DNA from: a virus
IMG/VR virus record: IMGVR_UViG_3300037010_002464
Reading direction: 5' to 3' (one strand)
DNA: 64,000 bases
Shown: positions 1 to 10,032 of the stretch, piece after piece
Position numbering within the stretch: position 1 is the stretch's first letter
How the letters are laid out: the number at the start of each line of letters is the position of its first letter
Notes under the pieces: model-generated
The model's database searches: none
The model's input: only the letters and a program-made list of their open reading frames with translations
What the model was told of the DNA's origin: nothing
Position numbers and translations under genes: made by a program

Positions 1-7
1 GAAGGGG

Positions 8-790
8 ATGCAGCTTGTGCGAGACCCAGGTCACAGCAAGCTAACCAAGTTTGAGACAGGCATGAGCGACCTCAACTTTTGGGGGCGAGTGCTGTTCTAC
101 CCAACAGACCCGCAGGTGCAAAAGCTGATGGCGTTCGGCCACGCCGACCTCCTCGCCAAGGAGTCAGGCCGTATCCTGCACTCGCGCATCCAGAAGGTGA
201 TGCATGTACCGCTAACCGACCCGAAGAGCATCGATTGGGCCGAAACTACAGCCTCCCTAGTCGTGATGGCCCACCGTTTCGAGCTTAAGAGCTCCTACTA
301 CGGCCACGTTGTGCGCGCCATGCAAAAGTGGGATTCGCTGAGCGAAGCAGGCAAGCGCAAAGCCGTCGGCGACTCATTCCTCTACCTGATGCAGGCTGAC
401 CCAAAGTCAAACCTGCTAGCACGCATGCGGGAGCTGGCAGGCTCTACGATGCTCAATGACCTGAAAGCCCTCGCGATGAAAGTTGTCTCCTTCCGTAGGC
501 TCGGCGAATGCCGCCTCACTCTCAACGAGGATGGCGAGGTTGTGAGCGTTTCAGGCTTTGGCAACGCTAGCATGCCGATCTTCGGCAACACGAACAACAT
601 CATCAAGCCCGCGGGTGTTGATGCAGGTAGCCAGTACGGCTACCAAAACAAGTCCAGTACCCAAGTAAAGGGCACCAAGGGCGCCGACGCTACCGACAAG
701 CTGATCAAGAAGCGCAAGCGGAAGTTCAAAGCCATCAGGTTCAAGGCGCCTGCTGGCTTCAAGGTTAAGAAGAGGACAGACAATGACTGA
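8..790 (+). CDS. Hypothetical protein, probably 5'-truncated by the window edge; possible virion protein
   Basis: Frame is open from the window start; codon usage matches neighbours; basic C-terminal tail; overlaps the next gene start. Confidence 0.6.
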   Translation: MQLVRDPGHSKLTKFETGMSDLNFWGRVLFYPTDPQVQKLMAFGHADLLAKESGRILHSRIQKVMHVPLTDPKSIDWAETTASLVVMAHRFELKSSYYGHVVRAMQKWDSLSEAGKRKAVGDSFLYLMQADPKSNLLARMRELAGSTMLNDLKALAMKVVSFRRLGECRLTLNEDGEVVSVSGFGNASMPIFGNTNNIIKPAGVDAGSQYGYQNKSSTQVKGTKGADATDKLIKKRKRKFKAIRFKAPAGFKVKKRTDND

Positions 791-2594
791 CATGATCAAG
801 CAACTGATGGGCGAGTTTGGCTTCCTCAATGAGGACGCTGACATTGAACGCAATGTCAAAAACCAGATCACGCATGCGGCGACCAAAGATGAGGTCGACA
901 CAGTGGCTTTTGGCCTCGAAACCGATGACGGTCAGATTGTCAAAGTCTACGTCAAGGTTGAGGACGCTGACAAGTTTCAGCAAGAGATGGCCGCTATGCT
1001 CGGCGAGATCGATGACATCGAGGAGGCCTTGAACGAGATCTCCAAGGACATCGAGATCATCGACGTGGAGTGGCCTGAAGACTCAGAGGACACCGAAGGC
1101 GATGACGCTGAGGACGCTGACCCTGAAGCAACTGATGAGACTGATGGCTCTGAAGTCATGAATTCGAAAGTCTACTCGAAGGACAACAAGGCTAAAGAGA
1201 AGCAAGCCAACGAGGAGCTCTCCTACGGCGAGGAGCTGACGGCAGACCTGCTGGCCGAAGCGAACCACCACAGCATCGCCAACCAGCTGTCCACGGTCAA
1301 CCAGCACCTGATCTATCAGGCGATCCTGCACCTGGGCGTTCCTGAGCTGGCGCTCGACAAGAGCCCATACCGTAGCGCGATCCTCCGCGGCATCAAGGAC
1401 ACGGCCCTCGAGCTAGCCCACACGCCGACCATGCGCAGCACGCTGAAGACCTTCATCAAGCAGCAAGCGCTCGATGACCGCAGCAATAAGCATGACAAGG
1501 ACCTCGAAGACGCGCCTGCTGAGAATGTAGAGCCGAAGGTGCACGACAAGGCGCCGAAGCAGATGGCCAAGCACATGCCGAAGGACGAGCCGGTAGAACC
1601 GTCGTCTAAGAAGCCTGTCTTCAAGGAGCCTGTCAAGTCCTCCAAGCCTGCGCCGAAGCCAGTCAAAGAAGAGCTGAACCCTGACACGACGGCTGGTATG
1701 TACTGGGAAGCGGTCAGCGGCATCTTCAAGCTTGCCGACGGCACCAATGACAAGAGCTACGCCGAACGGGTCATGACCAACCAACAGTTCAAGTCGTTGG
1801 TGGCCCGTTCGAGCTCACGCATTGTGGGCCGCATGACTAACGGCTTGCGCACCAAGCTCAACCTGCTTGAAAAGGCGATCCTCGTCGCAAACAGCGTTGA
1901 CGCTGCCGGCGCACAGCTTGTGACAGAAGCGTTCACCTACGTTGAGATGGGCGAGCTGCTGGCTACGCTGTTACGAGTCGCCGATGACCCGAAGGCTGCC
2001 ATGGCTGACCGCATCATCATGTCGCAAGCCTTCAAGCGCCTGATGCTAGAAGCACGGAGCTCGTTCGGCTCGCTGAGCAGCAATGTTAAACGCCTGCTGC
2101 AAGCCGTCAAGCTCGAGCTTGATAAGCTTGACCTGTCTGAGGCTGACATGAGCTTCGACGAGCCGAAGAAGGATGAGGAGCCGGCTGAAGAGCCTGCCGA
2201 GGAGACCAGCGAAGAGGAGGAGCAGGCGACCGCAGCTCCCGAGCCTGCTAAGCCACCCGTCAACCTCGACGCAACGGACTCAGGCATCGCCTTTAAGTCA
2301 GAAGGTGACGCGCTGCATATGAGCTTCCCAGGCGGCACGTTGGAGCTGGCGGGCGAGAGCCTCGAACGCGCTATGAAGGCCCTCAACAACAAGCAGACCA
2401 TGTCGGTGCAGCTGGGTTCAGGCAAGTTTGCCACCTTCTCGCCGCGCGGCAGCTCAGCTGTAGTCAAGCTGATGGGCACCGACACCAAGATCCAGCTGGC
2501 TCCGCCGGACATCTCCGCCTTCCTCGATGCAGGCGGTCAGGTGCTGCAGGGTGACGCTGACAACGCCAAGAGCGACAAGCCGGACCAAGAATGA
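783..2594 (+). CDS. Large acidic hypothetical protein, possible head/internal virion protein
   Basis: 603 aa with D/E-rich and P/K-rich linkers; several L-x-E sites (FLNE, LLAE, LVTE, LMLE, LSE) resembling T4 prohead-protease sites; function inferred. Confidence 0.65.
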   Translation: MTDMIKQLMGEFGFLNEDADIERNVKNQITHAATKDEVDTVAFGLETDDGQIVKVYVKVEDADKFQQEMAAMLGEIDDIEEALNEISKDIEIIDVEWPEDSEDTEGDDAEDADPEATDETDGSEVMNSKVYSKDNKAKEKQANEELSYGEELTADLLAEANHHSIANQLSTVNQHLIYQAILHLGVPELALDKSPYRSAILRGIKDTALELAHTPTMRSTLKTFIKQQALDDRSNKHDKDLEDAPAENVEPKVHDKAPKQMAKHMPKDEPVEPSSKKPVFKEPVKSSKPAPKPVKEELNPDTTAGMYWEAVSGIFKLADGTNDKSYAERVMTNQQFKSLVARSSSRIVGRMTNGLRTKLNLLEKAILVANSVDAAGAQLVTEAFTYVEMGELLATLLRVADDPKAAMADRIIMSQAFKRLMLEARSSFGSLSSNVKRLLQAVKLELDKLDLSEADMSFDEPKKDEEPAEEPAEETSEEEEQATAAPEPAKPPVNLDATDSGIAFKSEGDALHMSFPGGTLELAGESLERAMKALNNKQTMSVQLGSGKFATFSPRGSSAVVKLMGTDTKIQLAPPDISAFLDAGGQVLQGDADNAKSDKPDQE

Positions 2595-3268
2595 TCCTCG
2601 ACCTGAACCGCTACAACTACGTGGACTACAAGACCGAGCAAGTCTTAGGTCGGCGGTTCTACGACCTAGGCGAGATCGGGCTCTACCCTAGCATTACTAC
2701 GGTGCTAGGTCACACGCCGACTGAAGAGACCAAGGCTTGGCTTGGCACTTGGAAGGCACGTGTGGGCGAATCAGAGGCCGCTAGGAAGTCAAAGCTGGCT
2801 ACGGACAGGGGTACAAACGTCCACACCATGTTGGAGCGTCACGTACGAGGCGAGGACATCCGCAAGGCTGAGTTCCCCGATGATCATGTCCGTGTCTTCA
2901 ACAGCATGAAGCTCGAGCTGACCAAAGTGGGCGCTGTGGTAGGTCAAGAGATGGTCCTCTACTCGAACACCTTCAAGGTAGCGGGACGCTGTGACATGGT
3001 CGCTGAGCACCAAGGCGAGCTCAGCATCGTCGACTACAAGACCTCGACTCGAATCAAGGACGCCTCTGACATCGGTGACTACTGGATCCAGACAGCGTTC
3101 TACGCCTTGGCTCACAATGAAATGTACGGCACCAATATCGAGAAGCTCGTCATCATGATGGGCGTCGAGAACAAGCTTCCGCTCGTCTTCAAGAAGCGGC
3201 TTGACGAGCAGATGATTCTCGACCTGCTCGCTCGTACTGACAAGTTCTACGCTGAGCTGCCCATCTAA
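2591..3268 (+). CDS. PD-(D/E)xK exonuclease (T4-like phage exonuclease, Cas4/RecB-like fold)
   Basis: YPSITTVLG, RGTNVHTMLE, VAGRCD...IVDYKTS and Y-x-x-Q-x-x-x-Y motifs. Confidence 0.88.
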   Translation: MILDLNRYNYVDYKTEQVLGRRFYDLGEIGLYPSITTVLGHTPTEETKAWLGTWKARVGESEAARKSKLATDRGTNVHTMLERHVRGEDIRKAEFPDDHVRVFNSMKLELTKVGAVVGQEMVLYSNTFKVAGRCDMVAEHQGELSIVDYKTSTRIKDASDIGDYWIQTAFYALAHNEMYGTNIEKLVIMMGVENKLPLVFKKRLDEQMILDLLARTDKFYAELPI

Positions 3269-3269
3269 C

Positions 3270-3276
3270 TAAATAG
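3270..3276 (+). promoter_or_regulatory. T4-like late promoter core TAAATAG
   Basis: Intergenic TAAATAG 17 nt before an ATG with a GGAG RBS; the same motif recurs before structural genes. Confidence 0.7.
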
Positions 3277-3293
3277 CCCATCTGGAGCTGCAC

Positions 3294-3737
3294 ATGACCA
3301 CTGACATTGATAAGCTAAAAGAGAGCATGCATGCTCTCGTGACACCGCCGTTTACCGGCACTCACGAAGAGATGATCGGAGCCGTGGGCTACTGGGTGAC
3401 GATGATCTCGCACCTGCGCTCGCTGTTCAACATCGTTAGCAGCCATGAGAACCGCTCGGCAATCGTTGATCAGCTTGAGAAGGAGGTCGGCATCATGAAA
3501 GCTGAGCTTGACAACCTCTCGGCTGAGCTTGTCACTGACAAGGCTACTGGCCAGACTTCGATGGTACAGCCTGTAGCATCGTTAGCTCCTGAACCTGCTT
3601 CGCAAACGGTGCCTGCAATGGTCGAGCCCACGGTTGACCTTAGCGTGCGTGAAAGCATGCTAGACCGGATCAAGGCTAACGCTGGAGTGCCGCAGAACAG
3701 CATCAAGGTCCACCCACTGTCTAAGCTGAGCAAGTAA
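3294..3737 (+). CDS. Hypothetical late protein
   Basis: 147 aa, RBS, downstream of late promoter, coiled-coil-like segment. Confidence 0.7.
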   Translation: MTTDIDKLKESMHALVTPPFTGTHEEMIGAVGYWVTMISHLRSLFNIVSSHENRSAIVDQLEKEVGIMKAELDNLSAELVTDKATGQTSMVQPVASLAPEPASQTVPAMVEPTVDLSVRESMLDRIKANAGVPQNSIKVHPLSKLSK

Positions 3738-4549
3738 TGAAGCTAGTTGAGCTTTCAGGTAGCGTCAAGCGCATCAAGACGGACATGAACGAAGAGGAGC
3801 TGGTCACGCTCCTCCGTGGCCCAGCGCGCAACGCCTATGACGCTATCAAGCGTCAACCGATCTACACCAAGGTCGAGACTAAGGACCCGTTCTTCGTCGT
3901 TGACCCCGCGCGTTCAGCCCGCAAGTCCAAGTTCATTATCGACGAGCTGACGGGCATGCTTAGCTCGTGGCGCGGTTGGACCTCACGCTTGAACGCTATT
4001 CGAGGCTGGACCAGCAAGGCTCTTGCAGAGAGCCGTGGTACCGGTCAAGTCTGCTTGCTGATCCCATTCGACGGCGCACGAGTCCACACAACCAGCGGCA
4101 CCAGCTTCTACCGCAGCTTCACGAAGGCTCACGCCAAGCTCGAGGTCGAGAAGGTTGACAACGAAGCCCTTTGCGGTTGGCTCAAGAGCCTGCATGAGGT
4201 TGTCAAGAAGGCGGACCCGGACTTTGGCCCGTGGGGCGAGCCTGAGAGCGCTGTCCAGTTTTTGAAGCTTGTCGACAAGCTGGACCAGGCTCGCAGCGTG
4301 GTCAACAAGCTCAAGCCTGACGACATCAAGGCCATTGACCGCTTGCACCTGCGGCGTGCGTTCAACATGTTTGACAGCAGCCTGGCTCTGCAGCTGAGCA
4401 AGCTGCTCGACCCCGATGACAACGGCTTTCACACGTTGACCTCCCTCTACAACCTGCCTGAGAACCGCGAGGTGTGGACCGGCGCCAAGTGCGTCGTGAT
4501 CACGCTGACTGAGTATGAGCAGCTGGTCAAGCGAGGCGCGCTGAAGTGA
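3737..4549 (+). CDS. Hypothetical protein with MKLxEL N-terminus (possible internal head protein)
   Basis: 270 aa, translationally coupled (TAATG). Confidence 0.7.
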   Translation: MKLVELSGSVKRIKTDMNEEELVTLLRGPARNAYDAIKRQPIYTKVETKDPFFVVDPARSARKSKFIIDELTGMLSSWRGWTSRLNAIRGWTSKALAESRGTGQVCLLIPFDGARVHTTSGTSFYRSFTKAHAKLEVEKVDNEALCGWLKSLHEVVKKADPDFGPWGEPESAVQFLKLVDKLDQARSVVNKLKPDDIKAIDRLHLRRAFNMFDSSLALQLSKLLDPDDNGFHTLTSLYNLPENREVWTGAKCVVITLTEYEQLVKRGALK

Positions 4550-4686
4550 AGCTCGCGGGCTTGTTAGAGGAGAAGCTACCTGAAAGGGAAGCACGTACCC
4601 TCCTGCTAACAATCCAGCAAGAGCTGATCGACAAGTTCACGACGGCTGAAAGCCTGATTGAGTACATCAAGGGCATCGTCGAATGA
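4546..4686 (+). CDS. Short member of the MKLxxLLE family (46 aa, probably internally deleted)
   Basis: Hand translation MKLAGLLEEKLPEREARTLLLTIQQELIDKFTTAESLIEYIKGIVE; GTGA and ATGA overlaps on both sides; absent from the ORF track. Confidence 0.6.
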   Translation: MKLAGLLEEKLPEREARTLLLTIQQELIDKFTTAESLIEYIKGIVE

Positions 4687-5003
4687 AGCTAGCTCAGCTG
4701 GTCGAGGACGTTAGCCGTGGGCGGCTGCTCAAGCTGCAGCAATATCTGCTTGACCATCTTCAAGGCAAGTTTGACATCAAGCTTGGAAAGCATGACAACG
4801 GGAAGCTATGCCTGTTCATCACCTACTTCACTATGGGCTTGGAGCCTAAGCTGGAGCTGATTCTCGAGCATGACGGTTGGCAGCTCTACGTGTATGAGAG
4901 CCGAGAGGATGAGTGGCGCGCCGTAACTGGCTCTAACAACAGCCAAGACGATGCTGACATTGCGGCCGAAGTACAGTCCTACACTTACGGCCCGCAAGGC
5001 TAG
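4683..5003 (+). CDS. MKLxxLLE-family protein
   Basis: N-terminus MKLAQLVEDVSRGRLLKLQQYLLD is shared with other small genes. Confidence 0.7.
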   Translation: MKLAQLVEDVSRGRLLKLQQYLLDHLQGKFDIKLGKHDNGKLCLFITYFTMGLEPKLELILEHDGWQLYVYESREDEWRAVTGSNNSQDDADIAAEVQSYTYGPQG

Positions 5004-5830
5004 CTCTTGTGCCCACCGTTAGTACTTATGATCATCCAGCCAACAGAATAGCCAACTTCTACTGGCTTTTTTGTTTGCTGTGTTTGAAGCAGTTTTGATA
5101 GACCAAGCTTATTAACCTGACAAAACTCTTTTAACCTCGTTACCGTGATAAATTCGCCGTCAGGTCGTTGTAACGTCCACTCTTTAAGAGCAATGACTTG
5201 CTTAGCACGAAACTCTCGTAGTTTTTGCTTAGTTTCATTAGACCGTTTTTGGCCCGTATTGGCTTTAGCAATTTGATCAATGAGCTCCTTCGGATGAGAA
5301 TATCCTGTAGCTAGCGCTGTCTTCTTTATTGCTGCTTTGTGTTCAGATGACAGAGTTTTACCAGTATGAGCTTTAGAAAGCAGCTCTCTGGTATGCATAG
5401 TCATTACTTTGCCTTTGTGAGCTAATGAAATTTTCTTCTTTGTCTCATCTGATTGCTTCCAGCCGCTAGAATGGGACTTATGTTTTAAACCTCTTCTTAG
5501 TAAAACACTCTGTTCTCTGATGGACTCAAACCATCGGCTCGATCTTGGTAAATATCTTTGATGTTTCAGCGTTGATTTACACATCATAGAAAGAGCAAAC
5601 GCCATCCTTCGCTTGTCATCGCCTTGAGTCATTTTAACAAGTAACACGTGACAAATAAAATGTTCTCGTGCTGTTAACTTGACAATATTTGACTTAAGAT
5701 CGGTGCCACCTAAGGCTTTAGGAAGAATATGATGTTTTTCAACGTATTGGGTCATTGATTCTCTATTCAAAGCTCGATCGACTAGCTTATTATAGAGTGC
5801 AGTATATTTGTTTGATAGAAAGTTATTCAT
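5000..5830 (-). mobile_element. Free-standing HNH homing endonuclease with NUMOD3 repeats
   Basis: EKHHILPKALGG...NIVKLTAREHFICH; repeats SDETKKKIS and SNETKQKL; visibly AT-rich; opposite strand to neighbours. Confidence 0.9.
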
Positions 5831-7355
5831 GCTACCTATTTACCTTCTTACGGCGGAGCCTAAAAACTTTGTCCCTGTTCAGCTAAAAGCTGAAGCTGAA
5901 AAATTAGGCTATGAATGCACTATCATCGACATTCGCCACACCTTCATCGTCGAGACCACGGGTAAGTCCAAGGTCATGTACAAGGTGGATGACGACAAGC
6001 TGGCCGAGCTGAAGCCGCCGTTTGCATGCATCCCGCGCCTTAACGAGCACCACATCATGTACAAGCTGAACGTGCTTAACCGGCTTGTGGCCGACGGCGC
6101 GTACATGGTCAACACGCCCGAAGCCATGGGTCTGTGTAATGACAAGCTAGGTTCGCAGGTCGCCTTGAACTCCGCCGGAATCCAGACACCGTACAGCACA
6201 GTCATCGGCTCGCTTGACATGCTCGACCTCACCTTGAAGCAGGTTGAGGAGGACGGTCAGCTGAAGTTCCCGATGATCATCAAGACGCTGCGCGGCACGC
6301 ACGGCATCGGCGTTATGAAGGTCGACTCGAAGTCCTCCCTCGTCTCAGTCGCTCAGGCGTTCCTCGCCAACAGCGGCTCCGAGGTGATGCTGCAGGAGTT
6401 CATCGAGCACAAGGAGTCCCTTCGCATCATCATGATCGGCGATGACCTGCTGGCGGCTAACCGTCGTGGTCAGCCGAAGGAGAAGGACGAGTTTCGCACC
6501 AACTCGCACTTGGGCTCCGAGACTGAGAAGTACGAGCCTAACGAGGAGGAGCTGGCGCTCGCTCGCAAGATCGTTGAGCTGTTTGGCGCCCGCTTCTGCG
6601 CGATCGACTATATCCAGCACAATGGCCAGCTAATCGTGCTCGAAGTCAACGGCTCGCCAGGCCTCGAAGCCATCCAGAAGAACTGGGAGGACAAGAACCT
6701 GCCTGAGGCTGTGATCAAGGGCTTGGTTAAGCTGTCAGGCAAGCATGATGCTCCGTTCGTCCCGGGCTCAGGCGAACCGGCGGTGGTCGACGGCATATAC
6801 GACGGTATTCCCGTCTCTGAGCCGAAGATCGCTCCTGAGATCGAACCAGCGGTTCCTAACGGCATTGAGGGTTCCCTCGACGTGCCGCACAATGACGCGC
6901 CGGTGCAAGTAACCCCGAATGTCAACGGTGACCAACCGCTTGGCGACACTGAGCAGCTGGTCATCGTCCGGCTTGCGGACCAAGGCATGCATGCACGAGT
7001 GGACACCGGTGCGGCGTTCTGTTCACTGCACGCCGAAGACGTGGGTGAAACTGGCGGCTGGGTCAAGTTCAAGCGCGACGGCATCACCTACCGCGTGTCG
7101 GTTGACCGTCATGTCAAGATCCGGAACGCTCACGGTAAGTCAACTCGGCCGTTGATCAAGCTTGACATCATCCTGCGGGGTGTCCGCTACAACCAGGTTG
7201 AGTTCTCAGTCACCTCTCGTGCTGACATGAAGTATGACGCTTTGATCGGTCGCAACCTGTTGAAGATCGCAGGCATCCCTGTGCTCGTACCGAATGACGA
7301 TAACCAACGGGCGGCCGACTTGCCACCGTCGGACATCGAGGTCGAAGAGGAATGA
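5829..7355 (+). CDS. rimK: RimK-family ATP-grasp ligase fused to a RimB-like retropepsin aspartyl protease
   Basis: CNDKL, PMIIKTLRGTHGIGV, LQEFI, FRTNSHLG, AIDYI, LEVNGSPG; C-terminal ARVDTGA...LIGRNLL. Likely start is the ATG at 5829. Confidence 0.88.
   Translation: MLPIYLLTAEPKNFVPVQLKAEAEKLGYECTIIDIRHTFIVETTGKSKVMYKVDDDKLAELKPPFACIPRLNEHHIMYKLNVLNRLVADGAYMVNTPEAMGLCNDKLGSQVALNSAGIQTPYSTVIGSLDMLDLTLKQVEEDGQLKFPMIIKTLRGTHGIGVMKVDSKSSLVSVAQAFLANSGSEVMLQEFIEHKESLRIIMIGDDLLAANRRGQPKEKDEFRTNSHLGSETEKYEPNEEELALARKIVELFGARFCAIDYIQHNGQLIVLEVNGSPGLEAIQKNWEDKNLPEAVIKGLVKLSGKHDAPFVPGSGEPAVVDGIYDGIPVSEPKIAPEIEPAVPNGIEGSLDVPHNDAPVQVTPNVNGDQPLGDTEQLVIVRLADQGMHARVDTGAAFCSLHAEDVGETGGWVKFKRDGITYRVSVDRHVKIRNAHGKSTRPLIKLDIILRGVRYNQVEFSVTSRADMKYDALIGRNLLKIAGIPVLVPNDDNQRAADLPPSDIEVEEE
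5836..5842 (-). promoter_or_regulatory. Late promoter core for the HNH gene, embedded in the rimK 5' codons
   Basis: CTATTTA on + (TAAATAG on -) 5 nt upstream of the HNH ATG. Confidence 0.55.
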
Positions 7356-7827
7356 AGCTGCAAGCCTTGCTTGAAGACGGTAGCCTGCGTAAGCGAGTCG
7401 CTCAAGTTTCAGCAGCTAGTGCTCGAGCACGTGCATGACGCCGATGTCAAGCTAAAGGCGAGCGCGAGGTGGAGGGACGAGTACATCACCCTCACTATTA
7501 AGCATGCTTTCCTTAACTGCAAGGTATTCATCCAGCCGACTGAAGTGGGATGGAGCACAACGGCACAGAGTCGTACATCGGCGACGGTAGCGACTTCGCA
7601 CGGCTTTGCGTGACGTGCGTGACGTGACTGAGACCAGCGTGTTTCTAAACGATCGGGTCCTCACGCTTGAAGTTGTCTACAACGGCGAGCGTGACGAGAA
7701 GTCGCTCCATATGAAGTGGAATGAAGATACCCAGTGCTTTGTCGATGAAGACGGCGACGAGCTGTCTGACGTAGCCGATGTCATCAAGCACATCGAAGGC
7801 AAGATCAGCCGGCGAGGTCGCGGATGA
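7352..7827 (+). pseudogene. Frameshifted MKLxxLLE-family gene
   Basis: ATG at 7352 gives MKLQALLEDGSLRK; SLKFQQLVLEH follows in another frame; C-terminal part lies in ORF 7606-7827. Confidence 0.6.
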
Positions 7828-8075
7828 AGCTAGGACACCTGCTCGAAGCGCCAAAGCCTGCCCATGACATTCGTGTAGATTCGCTGAAGCTTCAACAGCT
7901 AATCATCGACAACGAGTACGGCGCTGACCTTGACGCTAAGATGAATAGCATGGGTGGGATGCATGTCACCCTGCCCAACCTTGTTGACGAGCTCATTTGG
8001 CATAACGCTCACTCATTTCATGGCCAGGTCTGGTCATCATGCTACAAACAGCCGGATCTTAGGCTTAGCGCCTGA
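7824..8075 (+). CDS. MKLxxLLE-family protein (3' end possibly degraded)
   Basis: MKLGHLLEAPKPAHDIRVDSLKLQQLIID. Confidence 0.6.
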   Translation: MKLGHLLEAPKPAHDIRVDSLKLQQLIIDNEYGADLDAKMNSMGGMHVTLPNLVDELIWHNAHSFHGQVWSSCYKQPDLRLSA

Positions 8076-8183
8076 AGCCGCGATGCAGCTTTTCTTGCCC
8101 GAGGCATTTGGGTTGAAGCTTAAGCAGCAATCTGCACAGCTACTACGGCTCGAAGCATGATATCTACCTTCGGCCTCAACGAG

Positions 8184-8330
8184 CTAACAAGCATTTCCCA
8201 GTGTCAGTCGTAATCGAGTGGGATGGCATAATGCTAGCAGCGAAAGCAACACCGTCTTCGTGTTCAATTCAGGGTCTTCGATCAGCAGCTGTTGAAGCTT
8301 AAGAGCGCTTGTCCGAATCTCTCGAGCCGT
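8184..8330 (-). pseudogene. Remnant of an MKLxxLLE-family gene lacking its start
   Basis: REIRTSALKLQQLLIEDPELNTK, in a frame overlapping the 3' end of the upstream gene. Confidence 0.45.
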
Positions 8331-8820
8331 AGCTGAGGTAGTCGACGTAGGTGTGCTGGAACTTGACGCGGTTGAAGACGTCATTGCCTACTTTTCGCTT
8401 GATGTCAACGATATCAGTCAGCTCGAGAGCCGTGTCTGAGCCGACGAGCTTGACCTGCAGCGACTTGGTCGCGTTACCTCGTGCGTGCAAGCGAAGGTCC
8501 TTAACCTCAGCCTCAACCCGTTCTTCGTCATAGTCGGTCTCGACCAAGGTGTAGACAACGGTGTCGCCTGGCTGTGGCAGGTTAAAGGAGCGCTTCAGCG
8601 GGCCCAGCGCTTCGAGGAGCTTCGAGCTCTCGTCATACTGGACCTTGACGCCGTTGATTTCAACCACGTCTGCAAAGAAAGCGGCACGAGAGCCGTCAGG
8701 CAACGGCTCCTTGACATACACCGCGGGCTGGGTCTTGAGGCTCGTGTAGGAGCTGACCACGTGCACGCCGTCTTGGCCGAGCAGCTTGATCTTGTCATTC
8801 TTCACGAGTGCTACAAGCAT
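8299..8820 (-). CDS. Hypothetical protein
   Basis: 173 aa, typical codon usage, coupled to the upstream gene. Confidence 0.7.
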   Translation of the reverse strand: MLVALVKNDKIKLLGQDGVHVVSSYTSLKTQPAVYVKEPLPDGSRAAFFADVVEINGVKVQYDESSKLLEALGPLKRSFNLPQPGDTVVYTLVETDYDEERVEAEVKDLRLHARGNATKSLQVKLVGSDTALELTDIVDIKRKVGNDVFNRVKFQHTYVDYLSYGSRDSDKRS

Positions 8821-9017
8821 TACTCAGCTCCGGCGGTGTCGTCGACAACAGGCGTGGCCGTATCGATGGTCTCAGGCCCTGCCGTGCCCATGATGCGGGC
8901 TTTCATCTTGGACTGTAGCACGTTGCTGATGATCGATTGTGCGTTGCCTTCAGGGTCACCCTTGATGGTAGCGTTGATGAAGTTGCGCAGGGCGGCTTTG
9001 GTTTCTTCTGGAGTCAT
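8820..9017 (-). CDS. Small late protein with weak resemblance to T4 gp67-type prohead core proteins
   Basis: MTPEETKAALRNFINATIKGD...KMKARI plus acidic tail; late promoter upstream. Confidence 0.5.
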   Translation of the reverse strand: MTPEETKAALRNFINATIKGDPEGNAQSIISNVLQSKMKARIMGTAGPETIDTATPVVDDTAGAE

Positions 9018-9044
9018 ATGTTCCCAACGGTTAGGTTGTGCCAC

Positions 9045-9051
9045 CTATTTA
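9045..9051 (-). promoter_or_regulatory. Late promoter core TAAATAG
   Basis: CTATTTA on +, intergenic. Confidence 0.65.
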
Positions 9052-9056
9052 CCTCC

Positions 9057-9509
9057 TCAAGGAAGCGTCTGCTTCACCACGGCTTGCAACTCACCGGCAA
9101 GCTGCCGTAGGTGCTCAGCATTGAACCGCTCCTGGCCTCCAGTAGGCCGCGGGTTGCTGGCCAAGAAGAGCAGTCCTTCGATGATCGTCCGATTGCAGTC
9201 GTTGACCCACTGGACACGGGAGCTTTCATGAACGCCATGCCGACATGCTTCGAGCGCCGAGTTCCAGCCTCGAACAAAGCCTTCGCGCTCCTCGTTCGGC
9301 GGGACAAAGATTGTCCGCGCAGGCGATGACACCTTGGCCGGCCACTTGACAGCCAGCACCAAGCCGCGCTTTGCTGCGAGGCAATCGAGCCTTGCGTCCT
9401 CGAGCTGGCGAGTCAGCAGGCGCACCTGAGCCTCAAGCTCTTCGATCTTGTGCTTTGCTGCAATGGGTGACTCGCTATGAGGTGGGCCTTCAATGGGTAG
9501 CACGAACAT
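9057..9509 (-). CDS. Hypothetical phage protein
   Basis: 150 aa, AGGAGG RBS, GWN motif common in small phage proteins. Confidence 0.65.
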   Translation of the reverse strand: MFVLPIEGPPHSESPIAAKHKIEELEAQVRLLTRQLEDARLDCLAAKRGLVLAVKWPAKVSSPARTIFVPPNEEREGFVRGWNSALEACRHGVHESSRVQWVNDCNRTIIEGLLFLASNPRPTGGQERFNAEHLRQLAGELQAVVKQTLP

Positions 9510-9519
9510 GTGACCTCCT

Positions 9520-10032
9520 TTAACGGCAGTCGGCAGGCTCTGCCTTGACCGTGTACAGAATCAGCTGGCGGTTGACCGCCAAAGCCAAGCTGGTGGAGCT
9601 AGTGACCTTGACGATGACATCGCTGATCTCATTCCAGTCCCCGCCCGCCCGCCCGGCGCCGATCATTGGGAACAGCAGCGGCAGGCTGCCTGCGGAGATG
9701 CCGCTGCAGTACTCGTGCATGCTCATCATATACAGCGTCTTGCTGAAGCATTCAGCCAAGCCCTGCATGTCGAGCGGGTTCGGGCCGCCCAGCGTTTGGG
9801 TGACGGCGTTGACGATGAACAGCTCTGGGTTGTGCTGATAGAACGAGCAGGTGCCGATCTTCAAACCGAGCAGCTGCTCGGTTTGCTTGTAGACGGCGTA
9901 GGCGCCAGGGTAGCGGTTACGCACGCCGGCGGCGACGCCTGACCCCATGACACCCTTGTCATTGCAGCCGTGGATGATGAAGCCGCGAGGTGCGGATAGC
10001 AGGTCATCCTCGACGGTGAAGAATTTTTTCAT
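9520..10032 (-). CDS. Macrodomain protein (ADP-ribose/Appr-1-p processing)
   Basis: IIHGCNDKGVMGSGVA, IVNAVTQ, FPMIGAGRAGGDW. Confidence 0.9.
   Translation of the reverse strand: MKKFFTVEDDLLSAPRGFIIHGCNDKGVMGSGVAAGVRNRYPGAYAVYKQTEQLLGLKIGTCSFYQHNPELFIVNAVTQTLGGPNPLDMQGLAECFSKTLYMMSMHEYCSGISAGSLPLLFPMIGAGRAGGDWNEISDVIVKVTSSTSLALAVNRQLILYTVKAEPADCR

Noticed and set aside
2591-3268. Cas4/CRISPR adaptation gene
   Set aside because: No Fe-S cysteine set, no cas genes and no repeat-spacer array; matches a standalone T4-like exonuclease
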